Positions 61,501-64,000 of a stretch of 64,000 bases of DNA are shown piece by piece (position 1 is the stretch's first letter; each line of letters begins with the position of its first letter). Both the position numbers and the translations under genes were made by a program. Origin of the DNA: a virus. The DNA is taken from positions 2,936 through 66,935 of the IMG/VR virus record IMGVR_UViG_3300036853_000134; one strand, 5' to 3'. The notes below the pieces were generated by a model. It did not search any database and was not told the origin of the DNA. It saw nothing but the letters and a program-made list of their open reading frames with translations.

Positions 61501-64000
61501 GGATCATCATTCGGCGAATTGCCAGCGCTCGCCCAGCGTGCGTACCCGTTCTATCGGCCGCGAAGTCGTTGTTTTCGATATGCTGTTTTACCGCGTCCAA
61601 TTGACCGTTAAGACTAATTTGCGCCTCTTCGTTACCCGATTTCTGCGCCTCGGCGATCTGCTCCTCAAGCGACGCCTGTTCATTTTGCAGACGCATCCGG
61701 TCGTATATGAGCGCAGCGCTTTCAGCATCGGTCAGTACACGCGGCTTTGTGGTCAATTCCTTGACTGACTGTCGATAAGCTTCAGGGTCATTGTCGACGA
61801 TTGCCCGTCCCTGGTCGTAGGATGTACCGAACGATTTACGCGCCAACTTCTCAATTGGCGGCGCTCCACGAGCCTCACGCTCCAAATCTACTTGGCTGTT
61901 TTTAATCCCGGTCACACGCGGCTCAGGCTCTGGTGTTTCGCCTAATTCTTCGTGTGCCTTATTGAACAATTCCCGCAGGTGTGGCTTCACCTCATCGCCA
62001 ATCTCTAAAATCATCTGCCGCGAGAAGTCGGCAAACGTCCTGACGCCGCGCTCAATATGGTAGCCAGCGACGTACAGCCAGTCCTTCAACTCTTCGGTTG
62101 TGATCGGTCCAGAACGGCGCAGATTCTTATCAGGATTCAGGATACGATCAAGCGCTTCGTCCGCACCTTCTTTGGTAAAGAGCGTGTTTTGCTCGCCAGA
62201 TGACGCCGTAGGCAACTCTATCTGCGTATCGAACATGTCGGGAGTCTTCGTGTCTTTTGGCGCAACTGTCGTCTTTTCAACGACATTCTTCCGCCCGGTC
62301 TTCATCCCGATACGCAACAATTCCTTGTCGTTCTCGATCTTCGCCTTGGCTTTATTCTTTTCGGTCTCTAATTTACCAGCGGCTTCGGCTCGGTCGATAT
62401 CTCGCTGAAAGTCTTCTGGCGTTGCCTCCGGACGATTCGCGGCATCGTGAAAATCTTTTAACGTGCCGTAGTGTTCAATCGGCGCTGGCGGTTCGTAGCC
62501 TTTGGGTAGATAAACATATTCCTGATCGCCACCCATTGAGCCTTTGACAGCAATGAAATCTTCTTTTGGAAATGAGAATTCGCGGACGGACTTACCGCCG
62601 TGTGTGTAGTTCCGCGCCTCTCCCGCTGTTCCCGCAACGAAATCACCAGGTCGGAGTTCTGCGCGGCCAGTGCCCCGATAGACCGTCATTGGTTCTTTAC
62701 CGGTCAAGCGCTTCGCGTCGCGGCCAAGTTTCCCTATTTCTTCTTCTGTCGCGTATGGGCTTCGCTGGGAAACACGCTGAAGTTTTTTAAAGATTGCGTC
62801 GGCCACGTCATCAGAGAACTTCTCGCCGGGTTTCACCGACCCGACCTGATTGGCGATAATTCGCTTTGCCGCTTCGTAGCTTTTACCTTTGATCTTGTCG
62901 GCGAGTCTTGTTAGCTCTGATGGGATTTGCTCTGGCGTTGATTCTCGCTCTTGGCTACCGCTCTCCTGAAAATCTGCTGCCTCAATGCCATTCTCTTTAA
63001 TGTCGGTAGCGCGCTGTATGAGGTTGTCGATTGTTTCTGGTGTGAGTCCGTGCCTTGCGCCTTCGCTCCTGAGTTGTTGGGCACCGTCATCGACCGCTGA
63101 GTCGAAGGCTTTGCCAAGCTCACTGTCAGGGTCTTTAAGTTCGGCTTCAACAAGCTTACTTTCGCGTTGAAAAGCTTCAGTGGCGTCTTGTGATTGTTGG
63201 TGTCGCTCATAATCTGCGTCCAATCCTTTATCGATTATATTCTGATCTCGATACTTTGAATAGGTTTTCTTTCCCGCCAGGTCGTCTTCAATTGCGCTCA
63301 TCATGTCGGAAATAGTCGCGTCTTCTTCCAGGAAGTGCGATTCTTTCATCGCCTCAAGCATTCTATCGGGCGATAATCCATTCTTAGTAAACAGCCCAGT
63401 CGTGCCCGATTCCTTTGCGCGCAGTCGATTAAGCTCGCCGCCAAGATCGGCATCAGCTTTGAACCCGCGATTGGTATCGTTCGGTCGTCGCGCAAACTCA
63501 GAGATACTTCTGTCTTCGTGCTCTGCTTTTGGCGGCCTCGGTCGCTTGGTGGTTAGCCCTTGTCGGTTCGCGTCCGATTCGATCTTCGCTCGCGCCTCCG
63601 CTTCCATCGTGCGAGCTTCCTGCAACTTGCCCTTTGCCACAGTCAGGTCCATTCGAATTGAGCCTTTATTGTCGCGTGCGGTAGCGTTGCTCAGGCGGGT
63701 TTGCAGTTTATCGACTTGCTTTTTCGCAAGTTCAATCGCTTGCTTTGCGCCCGCCAGCATTCCATGGCCGGGAGAATTGACGGATTTAGGATTGACCAGC
63801 TTTAGCGGTGCATCTGGATCGACAGGTTTTCTGCTCCTTGACGTACCGGATTCTGGCTGTTGCAATTCAGGGTGCTCTCGCAGGACTTCTGGCGGTATCT
63901 CTTTGCCTTCCTTGATTGCCTGCGTAATACCCTGCTGTGCCGCCATCTGTGCGGGGCTTAACTTTTCAGACGGCCTGCGCAGCGGTTCTGTCTTGCGCGC
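58562..64000 (-). CDS. Giant internal virion / large polyvalent protein (N-terminus beyond the window)
   Basis: Frame is open to 64000 (over 1800 aa). ART-like VYRG...PGDFV...EYVY segment, long coiled coils, and a C-terminal helical/hydrophobic domain (LFSPRY, STDPDDPDFLK). Confidence 0.8.
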   Translation of the reverse strand, partial: ARKTEPLRRPSEKLSPAQMAAQQGITQAIKEGKEIPPEVLREHPELQQPESGTSRSRKPVDPDAPLKLVNPKSVNSPGHGMLAGAKQAIELAKKQVDKLQTRLSNATARDNKGSIRMDLTVAKGKLQEARTMEAEARAKIESDANRQGLTTKRPRPPKAEHEDRSISEFARRPNDTNRGFKADADLGGELNRLRAKESGTTGLFTKNGLSPDRMLEAMKESHFLEEDATISDMMSAIEDDLAGKKTYSKYRDQNIIDKGLDADYERHQQSQDATEAFQRESKLVEAELKDPDSELGKAFDSAVDDGAQQLRSEGARHGLTPETIDNLIQRATDIKENGIEAADFQESGSQERESTPEQIPSELTRLADKIKGKSYEAAKRIIANQVGSVKPGEKFSDDVADAIFKKLQRVSQRSPYATEEEIGKLGRDAKRLTGKEPMTVYRGTGRAELRPGDFVAGTAGEARNYTHGGKSVREFSFPKEDFIAVKGSMGGDQEYVYLPKGYEPPAPIEHYGTLKDFHDAANRPEATPEDFQRDIDRAEAAGKLETEKNKAKAKIENDKELLRIGMKTGRKNVVEKTTVAPKDTKTPDMFDTQIELPTASSGEQNTLFTKEGADEALDRILNPDKNLRRSGPITTEELKDWLYVAGYHIERGVRTFADFSRQMILEIGDEVKPHLRELFNKAHEELGETPEPEPRVTGIKNSQVDLEREARGAPPIEKLARKSFGTSYDQGRAIVDNDPEAYRQSVKELTTKPRVLTDAESAALIYDRMRLQNEQASLEEQIAEAQKSGNEEAQISLNGQLDAVKQHIENNDFAADRTGTHAGRALAIRRMMIREDYSLDNLMRRAKIANDGQPVPEKTAVRLKELSETIKRTSEDLAKQDEIDAQRAADRAVKKIDDEVKTAARRTRRTVTKAKLDNDFDSLKAEFKNLFKSKEPPSKGLGGPEAGAVVGLTLPAEAVTLLTKMARNRIEAGMVKAVDIVDSIYSDVKDALPDGFTYRDIRDAISGSGKTSRPSKDAIDTELRKIKRELRDVSAEEDIVAGKRPPRSGYQPDPPTAEERARTQRLNQLKREHGIKIEGSERSPEQQQKSALDGVKTRLKNAIQDLDRQIKTGEKPPQRTPVPLDAEAKALQAERDSLRATLDAINGPRRMTDAQRIEMAQRSLEKSITEYDRRISDKDFTAKAKADPVTNLQLEALKQRRDAAKKTYQALKDADPAAIAKKQASQNEALRKRLVKRQAELEEMLRTGNFEKTPKAKLPLTAENVKLQNENRAATREVQQIIKRMNEGIGAKVLRAASDVINAPKSLLTSIDISAGGRQGLVQVFAHPKIAAEAFIKQFQAMSEVGQTRVYDEIQKMPFFGEAKKAGLYFAGDPLQSAGREEAFLSKLPEKIPYIGRLYAGSERAYSAFLDWQRIRAYQVESQLMKSDKAGGYTPEKNPEAFQQLAKFINRTTGRGDLGEGWYPHEAKVATGVANLFLFSPRYMASRFQMLNGLASKNPAMRRIAGRTLGLYYGGVVTALGLAAAAGLKVSTDPDDPDFLKVRAGNTSYDLTRGQNQDMRVAFQLVRGLSNNARGIENTQAQQPGNVALHYLRGKTAPALGTAIDYKMGSNIVGDKFTWKGAAANMVAPMVGRDLYEGYKDSGAPGFVKTLPTVIGIGTQTYKRTPQEIRDVQSLATKFKQANRIPMDTFSGGASELTQLKRSLETADLPTAESEIKRLLGELRGTKPGIDDRLEARTKIKKAIDEWAGFHAGTEKAEYADAGFRPLFTGSATNEAKFKQSLTPAQRETYGRAVTARKEAWQRFTKLLQGTH

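Noticed and set aside
1-64000. CRISPR array, tRNA, DGR or retron
   Set aside because: I saw no regularly spaced repeats, cloverleaf or reverse transcriptase motif by eye; a tool-based scan could still find weak cases.

Overview
Nearly complete, probably circularly permuted genome of a tailed phage with podovirus-like architecture. The minus-strand late module (1-28.8 kb) runs terminase, portal, scaffold, major capsid, several adaptor/ring proteins, tail hub, tailspike/fibres and ejection proteins. Both window ends fall inside open ejection/polyvalent-protein genes. The 29-58.5 kb region holds early, replication and accessory genes: DNA methylases, an SNF2-methylase fusion, a RecT-like protein, HNH/EndoVII nucleases, AraC, DUF433, YopX, ASCH, DUF5131 and a membrane/lysis-like cluster. 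I recognised no integrase, DNA polymerase, endolysin, tRNA or CRISPR array. The most notable observation is a pair of diverged but apparently homologous ~430-nt non-coding elements (30414-30858 minus, 56142-56586 plus). Each has its own sigma70 promoter, a 5' 11-13-mer repeated in an upstream hairpin, six collinear conserved blocks with compatible base-pairing, and a His-Me finger nuclease gene directly downstream, making it a candidate new large ncRNA-nuclease system. Also notable are tail fibre/spike proteins with Sec signal peptides, a receiver domain fused to a lysis-type membrane protein, and an HNH cassette that appears to regenerate a recoded start for its target gene. All calls come from visual motif recognition; no searches were run.
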